DNA of 64,000 bases from Vicinamibacteria bacterium (lineage in GTDB: Bacteria > Acidobacteriota > Vicinamibacteria > Marinacidobacterales > Marinacidobacteraceae), in assembly GCA_963555995.3 (NCBI GenBank), contig OY821641.1, forward strand, positions 864,001-928,000, written 5' to 3'. Below the pieces are notes generated by a model. That model was not told the origin of the DNA. It was given only the letters and a program-made list of their open reading frames with translations, and ran no database searches. A program made the translations under genes and the position numbers. Below, piece after piece: positions 10,501 to 18,742 of the stretch. Position 1 is the stretch's first letter. Each line of letters starts with the position of its first letter.

Positions 10501-11429
10501 CGTCGCTCCAGGGCCGGTCCCGCGAAGCGCTCGCGGAGGAGGTTTCCCAGGTGCAGGACCGCATCCGGCAACTCGGTCCGGTGAACGAGATCGCCGAAGC
10601 GCGGCTCCGCGAACTGCAGGCGGAACGCCGCGAGCCCGAATCGAACCTCCAGGACGTGGAAGCGGGGATCGCCGACGGCCTTGCCGCGATCCGCCGCCAG
10701 GACCGGGAGGCCCGCCGCATCTTCCGCGAGGGTTTCGAAGCGGTCAGCGCCGGGTTCGACGAGGCCTTCCGGCAACTCTTCGGGGGCGGCCGCGCCGAAC
10801 TGCGGCTGGTCGCGACGCCCGGCCCTCCCGGCCTCCAGGAGTCGGAAGACGCGGCGCAAGGGACCGGCCGGGGCGCTGATCCCGCGGGCGGGGATCCCGG
10901 AGCGCCGGCTTCCGCGAGCTCGGGAAACGGGGTCGGCGAAGCGGCGGATGCGGGGCTTGCCGGAGAGTTCGAGGCCTGGAACGGCGGGCGGTCGCTCGCG
11001 CCGGAAATGCCGGTGGACGCCCAGTTCGGGGTGGAGATCGTGGCCCAGCCGCCCGGCAAGAAGCTGCAGAGCGTCCGCCTCCTCTCGGGCGGGGAAAAGG
11101 CCATGACGGCCATTGCCTTCCTCATCGCGCTCTTCCGGTATCGTCCGGCGCCCTTCTGCCTCCTGGACGAAGTGGATGCTCCGCTCGACGATGCGAACGT
11201 GCAGCGGTTCGCGTCCATGCTGGACGAACTCAAGCGGGATACGCAGCTCGTGGTCATCACCCACAACCGGCTGACCATGGAGGCGTGCGAGCATCTCTAT
11301 GGAGTCACGATGGAGGAGCCCGGTGTCTCCCGGCTGATCTCGATGCAGCTCGGCGCCGACGTGGAGAACTGGATCGCCGCGGCGGCGGACCCGGACCGCG
11401 CGGACGGCGCCGCCGCCCTGTCCGCTTAG
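7506..11429 (+). CDS. smc: Chromosome partition protein Smc
   Basis: GFKSF, Walker A GPNGCGKS, Q-loop IEQG, long coiled coils, LGPVN, signature LSGGE, Walker B LLDEVDAPLD and ITH. Start placed at GTG 7506. Confidence 0.93.
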   Translation: MRIERLEIAGFKSFAEPVTLEFGQGATAVVGPNGCGKSNIADAVFWVLGELGAGTIRARGKELIFSGSALREPLGVAEVRLHVSGARGSRPTEAQNGAAGNGADSVAGNGASPAGGALPETPCNGAAAGTAPENGAAAGGLQRDVVVGRRVDASGQSVYEMDGRRCTRRDIRRLFAGTGLGPGSYALIEQGRANEVLSRKPADLRLLVDEAVGLGAYRLNRRESEANLRAAEKALERVRERLRELDRFIRVARRDSRTATRVREASDQARLLGVAEKAARREELLTRIRENAAPGEALGAERARRSRSLRAFERFVEALREQVAGTEVELREATREIGDLRARRAHAAALLDEGARAAEGRAAQVSRLDTEATTLGARLDDLETERKESERRAGEFPDRLAELTEAAAARAAARDRALGEEREAHALLWELRREVDRLRASVRSFRLSRDQYAARRERLSAAGLGLAGSRRELAARLDHATGGLSAARERVRAQEDEISGLRGRLETAEAAWRAATAAAEAARGEEAQAEKDQAALSARRRSLEALVASRNQLGEGAAKLVEAAHRRGLAPGGALGELVEVDPGYELAAERLLGVHRIRIERVADVAELVEELGGPEAGPSEVLVSELLDACGSRERPASGGADRLGDHLKPADARLGPVIPDAVVTTDLAEALAAFLKEPGAYVARDGASVTPPGVVRFGRGGPGEGFLSTRREVAELEAREREGARRLARLARASAGARAAADKARSAVEGLGQTLARAENLAHRLQLDADRREETVEDVSKRIEELEAEVSRHGEEAEGNEEADARAAELLARDEARLGEASRELGEREGTHAALRRELEAREGEWRDADRELARQNAVADEVAGRARALARQVRDDRQRLERIRAERAAAGRDEEEWRTRRASAVREREAAETAVRDREAREAALAGVAADLRTRLEGAVEAARLRTAELRDLEERLHELRSGTQEAQGLLRELEDEFQRSRGRSLAEEAARLPASLQGRSREALAEEVSQVQDRIRQLGPVNEIAEARLRELQAERREPESNLQDVEAGIADGLAAIRRQDREARRIFREGFEAVSAGFDEAFRQLFGGGRAELRLVATPGPPGLQESEDAAQGTGRGADPAGGDPGAPASASSGNGVGEAADAGLAGEFEAWNGGRSLAPEMPVDAQFGVEIVAQPPGKKLQSVRLLSGGEKAMTAIAFLIALFRYRPAPFCLLDEVDAPLDDANVQRFASMLDELKRDTQLVVITHNRLTMEACEHLYGVTMEEPGVSRLISMQLGADVENWIAAAADPDRADGAAALSA

Positions 11430-11609
11430 CAGCCTGTGCCAAAAGTCACGCGGCATTCGAAGGGCGATGCATCCCGGCTGAACCGGGCCGCTCCGCGCCC
11501 CTCATCGTTGCGTTTCGGTCGGAATACACCCGGTATTCCTCCCTCACGCGCCTTGTCAGCCGGGCGCCTCACCCTTCTCGGTGCTCACGTCACTTTCACC
11601 ACAGGCTGC
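11429..11609 (+). mobile_element. 181-bp MITE, copy 2, overlapping the smc stop codon
   Basis: TA|GCAGCCTGTG...CACAGGCTGC|TA. The smc TAG is made of the flanking TA plus the first base of the element. Confidence 0.85.
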
Positions 11610-11618
11610 TAACCGCCT

Positions 11619-12641
11619 GTGACTGGCGTCGGGCGCGCGGGAGGAGCGGCCCGCCTGCCCCGGCGGGCGATGGTGTTCGCCGCCGGACGGGGCGAGCGGC
11701 TGGGTCCCCTGACCAGGGACCGGGCCAAACCGGCGCTTCCCTTCTGCGGGGCGCCCCTGCTGACCCGGCTGCTGCGCTGGCTCACCGCCGCCGGGGTGAA
11801 CGACGTGGTCGTGAACCTCCACCACCGTCCGGAAACGCTGGAACCGCTCCTGGTTGCGGCGGAGCGCACCATGCCCGGCCTCGCCATCGGGCGGTCGCCC
11901 GAGCCGGAACTGCTCGGCACTTCGGGCGGGCTGTCGCGCGCCGCGGCGCGCTTCGGACTCGGAAGCGACGCCGGCGGGCCGCTGCTCGTCCTGAACGGCG
12001 ACACGCTCCCCACCTTCGACCTCCGGGCGATGGCCCGTTTCCACGGGGCGGCGGGTGGTGAAGCCACTCTGCTCTCCGACCCGGAACCGGGTCCGGAGTT
12101 CGCCGGCGAGCGCCGCCTGGAGACCGGCGAGGACGGCGTCATCACCGGGCTGAGCGGACCGGGAGGACCGGGACTCGGCTTTTCGGGCGTGTGGCTGCTG
12201 GAGCCGGCGGCGCTCCGCCACCTGCACGGCGGCCCGGGAGGTCTCTCGCGGGACCTCCTGCCCGGGCTGATCGCCGCAGGGACGGCGCGGGCCTTCCCGA
12301 GCCGGGCCCCGTGGTTCGAAATCGGGACTCCGCGGCGCTACCTCGAGGCCTCCCGGCGCGCGCTGGAAGACGGAGCGCTGCCCGAGACCCGGACCGGGCC
12401 GGCAGGGACCGGGCCGGTTCGCAAGGAGGAGGGCGCCGGGGGGCGCCGACCGGAACTGATCGGCGCGGGGAGCGCCATCGGCGAAGCGGCGCGCGTCGAG
12501 GGGTCGCTGCTTCTCGAAGGCGTCCGGATCGGGGCGCGCGCCGTCGTCCGGGACTCGATCGTGGCCGCCTCGGAAAGCGTGCCGGCCGGCGCCCGGATCG
12601 AGGCCGCGCTCTTCGCCGACGGCGCTGCGATGCCGCTATGA
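11619..12641 (+). CDS. NDP-sugar synthase, MurU / mannose-1-P guanylyltransferase-like
   Basis: AMVFAAGRGERLGPLT...KPALP, NLHH, LLGTSGG, VLNGD and WFEIGT motifs; adjacent to an AmgK-like kinase. Confidence 0.8.
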   Translation: MTGVGRAGGAARLPRRAMVFAAGRGERLGPLTRDRAKPALPFCGAPLLTRLLRWLTAAGVNDVVVNLHHRPETLEPLLVAAERTMPGLAIGRSPEPELLGTSGGLSRAAARFGLGSDAGGPLLVLNGDTLPTFDLRAMARFHGAAGGEATLLSDPEPGPEFAGERRLETGEDGVITGLSGPGGPGLGFSGVWLLEPAALRHLHGGPGGLSRDLLPGLIAAGTARAFPSRAPWFEIGTPRRYLEASRRALEDGALPETRTGPAGTGPVRKEEGAGGRRPELIGAGSAIGEAARVEGSLLLEGVRIGARAVVRDSIVAASESVPAGARIEAALFADGAAMPL

Positions 12642-12669
12642 CGACGGTCCTTTCTGCGGGAGCCCCGCC

Positions 12670-13797
12670 GTGCCGGTAGGCGTGATCGCCCCGAAGGCGC
12701 CGGGTTCGGACGCCCGGACGCGGCTGGACGTCTTTCTGCGCCGGTCCCGCAGCCTGGCCCCCGACCTCCGCACCGGGGTAGCGGTCGAGCCGCTCGTGAA
12801 GGAGGCCGGCGAGCGGGTCTATTTCCGGATTCGGCCCGCGCGCCGAACGCCCGCGGCCGCCGGGGAGCAGGAGGTGGCGACGGTCGTGCTCTGCGTCATG
12901 GCCGAGCCGTACGCGCCGGGTTCGCTGCCGTTCGCGAACTCCACCCTGCTCTACCGGGAACTGGGAGTCCGGACGCCCCGGATCCTGGAAGAGGCTCCGG
13001 AACTCGGAGTGATCGCTCTCGAGGACCTGGGGGACGAACTCCTGCAGGTGGTGGCGGCCGGGGGCGGCGCTGACGCGGCGGTGCTCTACGACGAAGCCGT
13101 GGACATCATCGCCCGGATCCAGCGGGAAGGGGCGCGCCTCGCCGGGACGCCGGCGGCGAGCGGCTTCCGGGCCTTTTCCGCCCGGCTCGACGCCGAGCTC
13201 TTCTCGCGCGAACTGCGGTTCTTCGCCGAGCACTTCCTGGGCGGGTACCCCGGTCTCAAGCTGAGCGGGCCGGCGCGCGGCGAGCTCGAGTCCCTGTTCG
13301 CGGCGCTCGCGGAGGAAGCGGCCGGCGGTCCGGCGGCGCTGGCCCACCGGGACTTCCACTCGCGCAACCTGATCGCCGGCGACGATCCCGCCGCGTCCGG
13401 CGCGCCCCGCGTTCTCCGGGTGATTGATCACCAGGACTCCCGCATCGGACCGCGCTTCTACGACCTGATGTCGCTGGTCCGCGATCCGTACGTGGCGGGC
13501 GGCGGCGTCCCACCGCCGCCGTTTCGGGAACCGGACCTGGTCGCCCGCTTTCGGGATGCGGCCGGGGTTCGCGGAAGTCCCTCGGAGCTGCTCGCCGAAC
13601 TCGACGCGGTCGCGCTCCAGCGGAACCTCAAGGCGCTCGGGACCTACGGGTTCCAGGTTGCCCGCCGGGGCAACGACGTCTACCGCGCCTACGTCGCCCC
13701 GACCCTGCGCATGGTCCGCGAGAACCTCGAGCGCCACTCGGGGCGCGCCGACCGGCGGCGCCTCGGGCTTCTCCTCGCGGACATCCCCGCCGGCTGA
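12670..13797 (+). CDS. Aminoglycoside phosphotransferase-family kinase, AmgK-like
   Basis: [25 protein letters not shown], GPxxYDLxSL and [10 protein letters not shown], which are characteristic of AmgK/APH kinases. Confidence 0.85.
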   Translation: MPVGVIAPKAPGSDARTRLDVFLRRSRSLAPDLRTGVAVEPLVKEAGERVYFRIRPARRTPAAAGEQEVATVVLCVMAEPYAPGSLPFANSTLLYRELGVRTPRILEEAPELGVIALEDLGDELLQVVAAGGGADAAVLYDEAVDIIARIQREGARLAGTPAASGFRAFSARLDAELFSRELRFFAEHFLGGYPGLKLSGPARGELESLFAALAEEAAGGPAALAHRDFHSRNLIAGDDPAASGAPRVLRVIDHQDSRIGPRFYDLMSLVRDPYVAGGGVPPPPFREPDLVARFRDAAGVRGSPSELLAELDAVALQRNLKALGTYGFQVARRGNDVYRAYVAPTLRMVRENLERHSGRADRRRLGLLLADIPAG

Positions 13798-13825
13798 AAC
13801 GTACACTCCCGCCCCGGCGGATTCC

Positions 13826-15187
13826 ATGACTGAGCAACCCCCTGACCCCACGCCGGCGGGATCCTGGAAGGACCGGCGCCTCCCGACGATCGCGTCCCTC
13901 AACCGGAAGCTGGCCCCGGACACCACCGACGCGGGAGTGCCGGCCACCCTGCGGGGATGGCTGGCCGGGCGGCGCTCGAGCGGCAAGCTGCTGTTCCTGA
14001 ACTTCCGGGACGGTTCGGGTTTCGCGCAGGTCGTCGTCGCGAAGGCGGCGGTTCCCGCCGAGGCCTTCGAGAGCGCCCGGCACGCTCCGCTGGAGAGCGC
14101 CGTCGAGATTGCCGGCGCCGCGTTTCGGGAGCCGCGCGCCCCCGGAGGGATGGAGGTCCGCGCGTCGGGCTTCCGGATCCTCCACGCCGCCGATCCCTAT
14201 CCGATCACGCCCAAGGAACACGGCGCCTCGTTCCTGCTGGACCACCGGCACCTGTGGCTCCGGTCCCGAAAACAGCACGCGCTCCTGCGGATCCGCGACG
14301 AGGTCCTGTACTCGTTCCGCGAGTACCTGCGGGAACAGGAGTTCGTGAACGCCGACACGCCGATCTTCACTCCGAACGCCTGCGAGGGGACGACCACGCT
14401 CTTCGAGACCCGCTACTTCGACCGCCAGGCGTACCTGAGCCAGAGCGGCCAGCTCTACAACGAGGCCGTGGCCATGTCGGTGGGGCGGACCTATTGCCTG
14501 GGGCCCACGTTCCGGGCCGAGAAGTCGAAGACCCGCCGGCATCTCATCGAGTTCTGGATGCTGGAGCCGGAGGTCGCCTTCGCGGAACTGCCGGACATCA
14601 TGGACCTCGCCGAGGGGCTGATCTGCCACGCGGTCTCCCGGGTGCTGGAGAACCGCGCCGCGGAGCTCGAGATCCTCGAGCGCGACCCCGGGCCCCTGCG
14701 CCGGATCCGGGCGCCGTTCCCCCGGGTCACCTACGACGAGGCGGCGGAGATCCTGGCCCGCAAGGGGACTGGCTTCACGCCGGGAGACGACTTCGGGGCG
14801 CAGGACGAGACGGCGCTCACCGAGGACCTCGACCGGCCGCTCTGCGTGACCCACTTTCCCGCCGCCATCAAGGCGTTCTACATGGAGCCCGATCCGGAAC
14901 GTCCCGACCGGGTCCTCTGCCTCGACATCATCGCGCCCGAGGGCTACGGCGAGGTGGTCGGCGGCGGCCAGCGCATCCACGACCAGGAACTCCTGCGCCG
15001 GCGGGTCCGGGAACACGGCCTGCCCGAGGACGCCTTCGAGTGGTATCTCGACCTCCGCCGCTACGGAACGACGCCCCACTCCGGGTTCGGGCTCGGCATC
15101 GAACGGTTCGTCGCCTGGATGTCCGGCCTGTCGCACCTCCGGGAAGCGATCCCGTTCCCGCGCACGCTCTACCGCCTGGCGCCATGA
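13826..15187 (+). CDS. asnS: Asparagine--tRNA ligase
   Basis: [48 protein letters not shown] and [11 protein letters not shown]. Confidence 0.95.
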   Translation: MTEQPPDPTPAGSWKDRRLPTIASLNRKLAPDTTDAGVPATLRGWLAGRRSSGKLLFLNFRDGSGFAQVVVAKAAVPAEAFESARHAPLESAVEIAGAAFREPRAPGGMEVRASGFRILHAADPYPITPKEHGASFLLDHRHLWLRSRKQHALLRIRDEVLYSFREYLREQEFVNADTPIFTPNACEGTTTLFETRYFDRQAYLSQSGQLYNEAVAMSVGRTYCLGPTFRAEKSKTRRHLIEFWMLEPEVAFAELPDIMDLAEGLICHAVSRVLENRAAELEILERDPGPLRRIRAPFPRVTYDEAAEILARKGTGFTPGDDFGAQDETALTEDLDRPLCVTHFPAAIKAFYMEPDPERPDRVLCLDIIAPEGYGEVVGGGQRIHDQELLRRRVREHGLPEDAFEWYLDLRRYGTTPHSGFGLGIERFVAWMSGLSHLREAIPFPRTLYRLAP

Positions 15188-16569
15188 CGCCCGTCCGGAC
15201 TCCTCGCGTAGGGCTCGTGAGCCTCGGCTGCGCGAAGAACCTGCTCGACAGCGAGGTCATGGCCGGCGTCCTCACGAACCGGGGTTTCGAGATGACCGCC
15301 GATCCGGCGAGCGCCGACGCGCTGGTTGTGAACACCTGCGGGTTCATCGGCCCGGCCAAGGAAGAGGGGATCAACACGATCCTGGACCTCGCCCGCCTCA
15401 AGCGCGAGGGCCGCTGCCGCCGGCTGGTGGTCGCCGGATGCCTGGCGCAGCGCTACGCGGGGGAACTCGCCCGCGAGATCCCCGAGATTGACGCGGTGAT
15501 CGGGCTTGACGAGGTCGAGCGCATCGCCGACGTGCTGGCCGCCCCCGGGCGCCGCACCCCGCCGCTCCGGGCCGACCAGTCGGTCACCTGGCTCTACGAC
15601 CACACCACGCCCCGCATCCGCTCGACTCCGTCCCACACCGCCTACATCAAGGTGGCGGAGGGATGCGACTACCCCTGTTCCTTCTGCGTGATCCCGCAGA
15701 TCCGCGGGCATTTCCGCAGCCGCGATCCGGATTCGGTGCTCGCCGAGGCGGCCTCGCTCGCCGCGACGGGGACCCGGGAACTGGTGCTGGTGGCCCAGGA
15801 CACGACGGCCTACGGCACGGACCTCGGCATCCGGCGCGGGCTCGCGCGGCTGTTGCGCGCACTGGCCGGGGTCGAGGGCATCGCCTGGGTGCGGTTCCTC
15901 TACGCCTACCCGACGACGCTCGATGACGAGGTGCTGTCGGCGATGGCGGAGGTCCCCGAGGTCTGCCGCTACGTGGACATCCCATTGCAGCACGCGAGCC
16001 GGCGGGTCCTCCGGGACATGCGCCGTCCCGGAAACCGGCAAAGCAACGAACGCCTGCTGGCGAGGATCCGCGACGCGGTTCCCGGCGTCGCGATTCGGAG
16101 CACCTTCATCGTCGGGTTTCCGGGGGAGACCGAAGACGAGTTCCGGGAACTCTTCGATTTCGTGGAAGCGGCGCGCTTCGACGCGATGGGGGCGTTCGTC
16201 TATTCCAACGAGGAGTCCGCGACGTCGTACGTGGAGGAGGAAGTGGTCTCGGAGACGGAGAAGGAAGACCGCCGGGCCCGCCTGATGGAGTTGCAGCGCG
16301 GCATCGCGCTGGCGCGGCACCGCGAAATGGTCGGGAGCGTCCTGCCGGTGCTGGTGGATGGGGCCGCCGAGGAAAGCGAGCTGCTCACGGCCGGCCGCAC
16401 CGAGGGGCAGGCGCCCGACGTGGATGCCCGGGTCCTCATCGTGGACGGGGACGCGCCGGCGGGCCGGTTCGTGGACGTGGAGATCACCGAAGCGCATCCC
16501 GAGGACCTGGTGGGTCACGCGCTCCCGGGCGGCGCCGCGGAAACGGTGCGGGCCACCGCGACCGCGTGA
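15184..16569 (+). CDS. rimO: Ribosomal protein S12 methylthiotransferase
   Basis: [19 protein letters not shown], radical [19 protein letters not shown] and a C-terminal TRAM domain ([11 protein letters not shown]). ATGA overlap with asnS. Confidence 0.95.
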   Translation: MTPVRTPRVGLVSLGCAKNLLDSEVMAGVLTNRGFEMTADPASADALVVNTCGFIGPAKEEGINTILDLARLKREGRCRRLVVAGCLAQRYAGELAREIPEIDAVIGLDEVERIADVLAAPGRRTPPLRADQSVTWLYDHTTPRIRSTPSHTAYIKVAEGCDYPCSFCVIPQIRGHFRSRDPDSVLAEAASLAATGTRELVLVAQDTTAYGTDLGIRRGLARLLRALAGVEGIAWVRFLYAYPTTLDDEVLSAMAEVPEVCRYVDIPLQHASRRVLRDMRRPGNRQSNERLLARIRDAVPGVAIRSTFIVGFPGETEDEFRELFDFVEAARFDAMGAFVYSNEESATSYVEEEVVSETEKEDRRARLMELQRGIALARHREMVGSVLPVLVDGAAEESELLTAGRTEGQAPDVDARVLIVDGDAPAGRFVDVEITEAHPEDLVGHALPGGAAETVRATATA

Positions 16570-16688
16570 ACCGGGCCGCGTGACGCTTTCGACGGACGCC
16601 TGACCGGATTCCGCCGGGGCCTGTCGGCGGGTCCCGGCCGGTTCCCGCGGCGGCGAATCGCCCGTTCTGCGGCGATTTCGGCGTGGGG

Positions 16689-16740
16689 TATACTCAGTCG
16701 TTCGGGTGCGGCCGGGGTGGGGTCGCTCCCGTTTTTCTTT
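16689..16740 (+). promoter_or_regulatory. Putative -10 box and hairpin/U-tract leader of the rimP-nusA-infB operon
   Basis: TATACT at 16689-16694 followed by GGGGTGGGGTCGCTCCCGTTTTTCTTT, which resembles the weak terminator-like leaders upstream of rimP in other bacteria. Confidence 0.5.
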
Positions 16741-16805
16741 CCGGACCCGTCGCGCTTCGGTGCGGCGGGTTTTCTCCGATTCCCCAATCTCGAGAGGCTC
16801 TACGC

Positions 16806-17348
16806 ATTTCGCAGGAAGAAACCGACCCGCCGCTCCTTCGTCAGGCGGGCGACGACCTCACCGCAGACATCGAAAGACTGGCCCGAAGGGCGGCGGCGAG
16901 TGCTCAGGTCGAGTTGGCATGGATCGAGATCAAGGGACCCCGCAGCGGCCGGCGCGTACGCGTCTTCATCGAGCGGCCCGACGATCCAGTCGGGCTGGGC
17001 GATTGCGAGCGGGTGAACGAGAAGCTCTCGGCGCTGCTCGATCTGGAGGATCCGATCCCCGGTTCCTACACGTTGGAAGTGAGCACCCCGGGGCTCGACC
17101 GCCCGTTGCACTCGGTCGAGGAATGCCGGCGGTTCCTCGGGCGTCGGGTCCGGATTCGCCACCGGACGGAGAGCCGGCCGGACACGGTGACCGGAACCCT
17201 CCAGGCGGTGAACGCGGACGCCGTCCTCTGCCTGAATGGGCCCGGCGGCGAGCGGCGGATCGCCTGGAACGCGGTGGTCGCCGCTCGTCTCGCTCCGGAC
17301 TACGCCGCCCTGCTCGGAAGAAGTCCCGGCGAACGGAGGCGCCCGTAG
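16806..17348 (+). CDS. rimP: Ribosome maturation factor RimP (start uncertain, possibly ATT 16806)
   Basis: VRVFIE, DCERV, LD.EDPIPGSYTLEVSTPGLDRPL; located directly upstream of nusA. Confidence 0.9.
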   Translation: MSQEETDPPLLRQAGDDLTADIERLARRAAASAQVELAWIEIKGPRSGRRVRVFIERPDDPVGLGDCERVNEKLSALLDLEDPIPGSYTLEVSTPGLDRPLHSVEECRRFLGRRVRIRHRTESRPDTVTGTLQAVNADAVLCLNGPGGERRIAWNAVVAARLAPDYAALLGRSPGERRRP

Positions 17349-17353
17349 ATCTG

Positions 17354-18742
17354 ATGGCCGCCATCGAGGAACTCGCCGTGGAGGTGGACCGCGCCGAAAT
17401 CATCGCTGGCGTGGAGCAGGCGGCGGGCCTCGCCGCGTCGCAGAGCAGCGGCCGTTCCCTGAGCGCCCGCCTCGACGCCGGCGAGGGGCGCCTGGTCTGC
17501 TACGCCCGCAAGCGGGTGGCCGCCGAGGTTCAGGATCCCGAGACCCAGGTCGCGGTCAGCGCCGCGCCCGAAGGGTCGTCTCCCGGCGAGCTAGTGGAAA
17601 TCCCCGTTCCTTTCGGGACCGCCGCCCGCAGCGCGGCGAGGGCGGCCCGCGCCGTGCTCGAAGCGCGGCTGGGCGCCGCCCGGATGCTCGCCCGCGCCGA
17701 GCGCTACCGGGATCGCGTCGGCAAGCTGGAAACGGCCACCGTCGCTCGCCGCGAGGGGCAGGACCTCATCGTCAACCTGGGACCGGTCGAGGGCCGGCTG
17801 CCCGCCGAGGAGCAGAGCCGCCACGAGGTCTTCAACCCCGAGGACACCATCCGGGTCGCGGTTCACTCCATCGAACCCCACGATCCTCCCGTCATCCTTT
17901 CCCGGATCGCCCCGTCCGTCCTGGCGGGATTGATCGAGCGCGAGACGCCGGAAGTCCGCCGCGGCGTCGTCCGGGTCCGGGGGGTCGCGCGCCATCCGGG
18001 ACTCCGGGCCAAGGTGGCGGTGTCCAGCGCGGCCCCCGACGTGGATCCGGTAGCCGCCTGCCTCGGGCCGGGAGGCTCCCGCATTCGCGCGGTGAGCCGG
18101 GAACTTCGCGGGGAACGGGTGGACGTGGTCCTGTGGAACGAGCGGGTGGAGAAGTTCGCGCGGAACGCGCTGCGTCCGGCGGAAGTGCTCGACATCCGGC
18201 GAGTGGACGAGGAGTCCGGCGAGGGAGCCTCACGGAGGCTGCGCCAGGACGGTGGGCTGCTGGTCACGGTTTCCGAAGCCGAGTTGCCCCGCACCCTCGG
18301 AAAGCGCGGCCAGAACGTCCGCCTCGCGTCCGAACTGCTCGGGATCCCCATCGAAGTCGTGGCCGAGGGAGCATCTCCGCGGGAGGACGCGCGGCGGGAC
18401 CGGCGCGGCCCCCGCGAAGGGGCGCCTTCCCGGCGCGGCCCCCGCGACGGGCGTTCTCCGGGACGCGGTCCCCGCGATGGGCGTTCTCCGGGACGCGGCC
18501 CCCGCGACGGGCGTTCTCCGGGACGCGGCCCCCGCGACGGGCGTTCTCCGGAACGCGGCCCCCGCGATTCCCGTTCTCCCCGGCGCGGTCCCCGTGACGG
18601 GGAGTCATCCCGGCGGGGTCCCGACCGGGGGCGCGGCGGCCCCCCGCGGCGCCATGGTCCGCGGGATCACCGGCCGGGTCCCGCGCGGGACGATCGGTCG
18701 GGGCGGGCGCGGCAGCCCGCGCCGGAGGCACGGGACCGTTAG
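17354..18742 (+). CDS. nusA: Transcription factor NusA with repetitive Arg/Gly-rich C-terminal tail
   Basis: S1 domain (VILSR), ETPEV, ARHPGLRAKVAV, VDPVAACLGPGGSRI, ELRGERVDVV and GKRGQNVRLAS. Confidence 0.93.
   Translation: MAAIEELAVEVDRAEIIAGVEQAAGLAASQSSGRSLSARLDAGEGRLVCYARKRVAAEVQDPETQVAVSAAPEGSSPGELVEIPVPFGTAARSAARAARAVLEARLGAARMLARAERYRDRVGKLETATVARREGQDLIVNLGPVEGRLPAEEQSRHEVFNPEDTIRVAVHSIEPHDPPVILSRIAPSVLAGLIERETPEVRRGVVRVRGVARHPGLRAKVAVSSAAPDVDPVAACLGPGGSRIRAVSRELRGERVDVVLWNERVEKFARNALRPAEVLDIRRVDEESGEGASRRLRQDGGLLVTVSEAELPRTLGKRGQNVRLASELLGIPIEVVAEGASPREDARRDRRGPREGAPSRRGPRDGRSPGRGPRDGRSPGRGPRDGRSPGRGPRDGRSPERGPRDSRSPRRGPRDGESSRRGPDRGRGGPPRRHGPRDHRPGPARDDRSGRARQPAPEARDR
18401..18630 (+). 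repeat. Coding tandem repeat, 30 bp x ~7.5 (RGPRDGRSPG)
   Basis: GGACGCGGCCCCCGCGACGGGCGTTCTCCG and variants repeated in frame within nusA. Confidence 0.9.
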
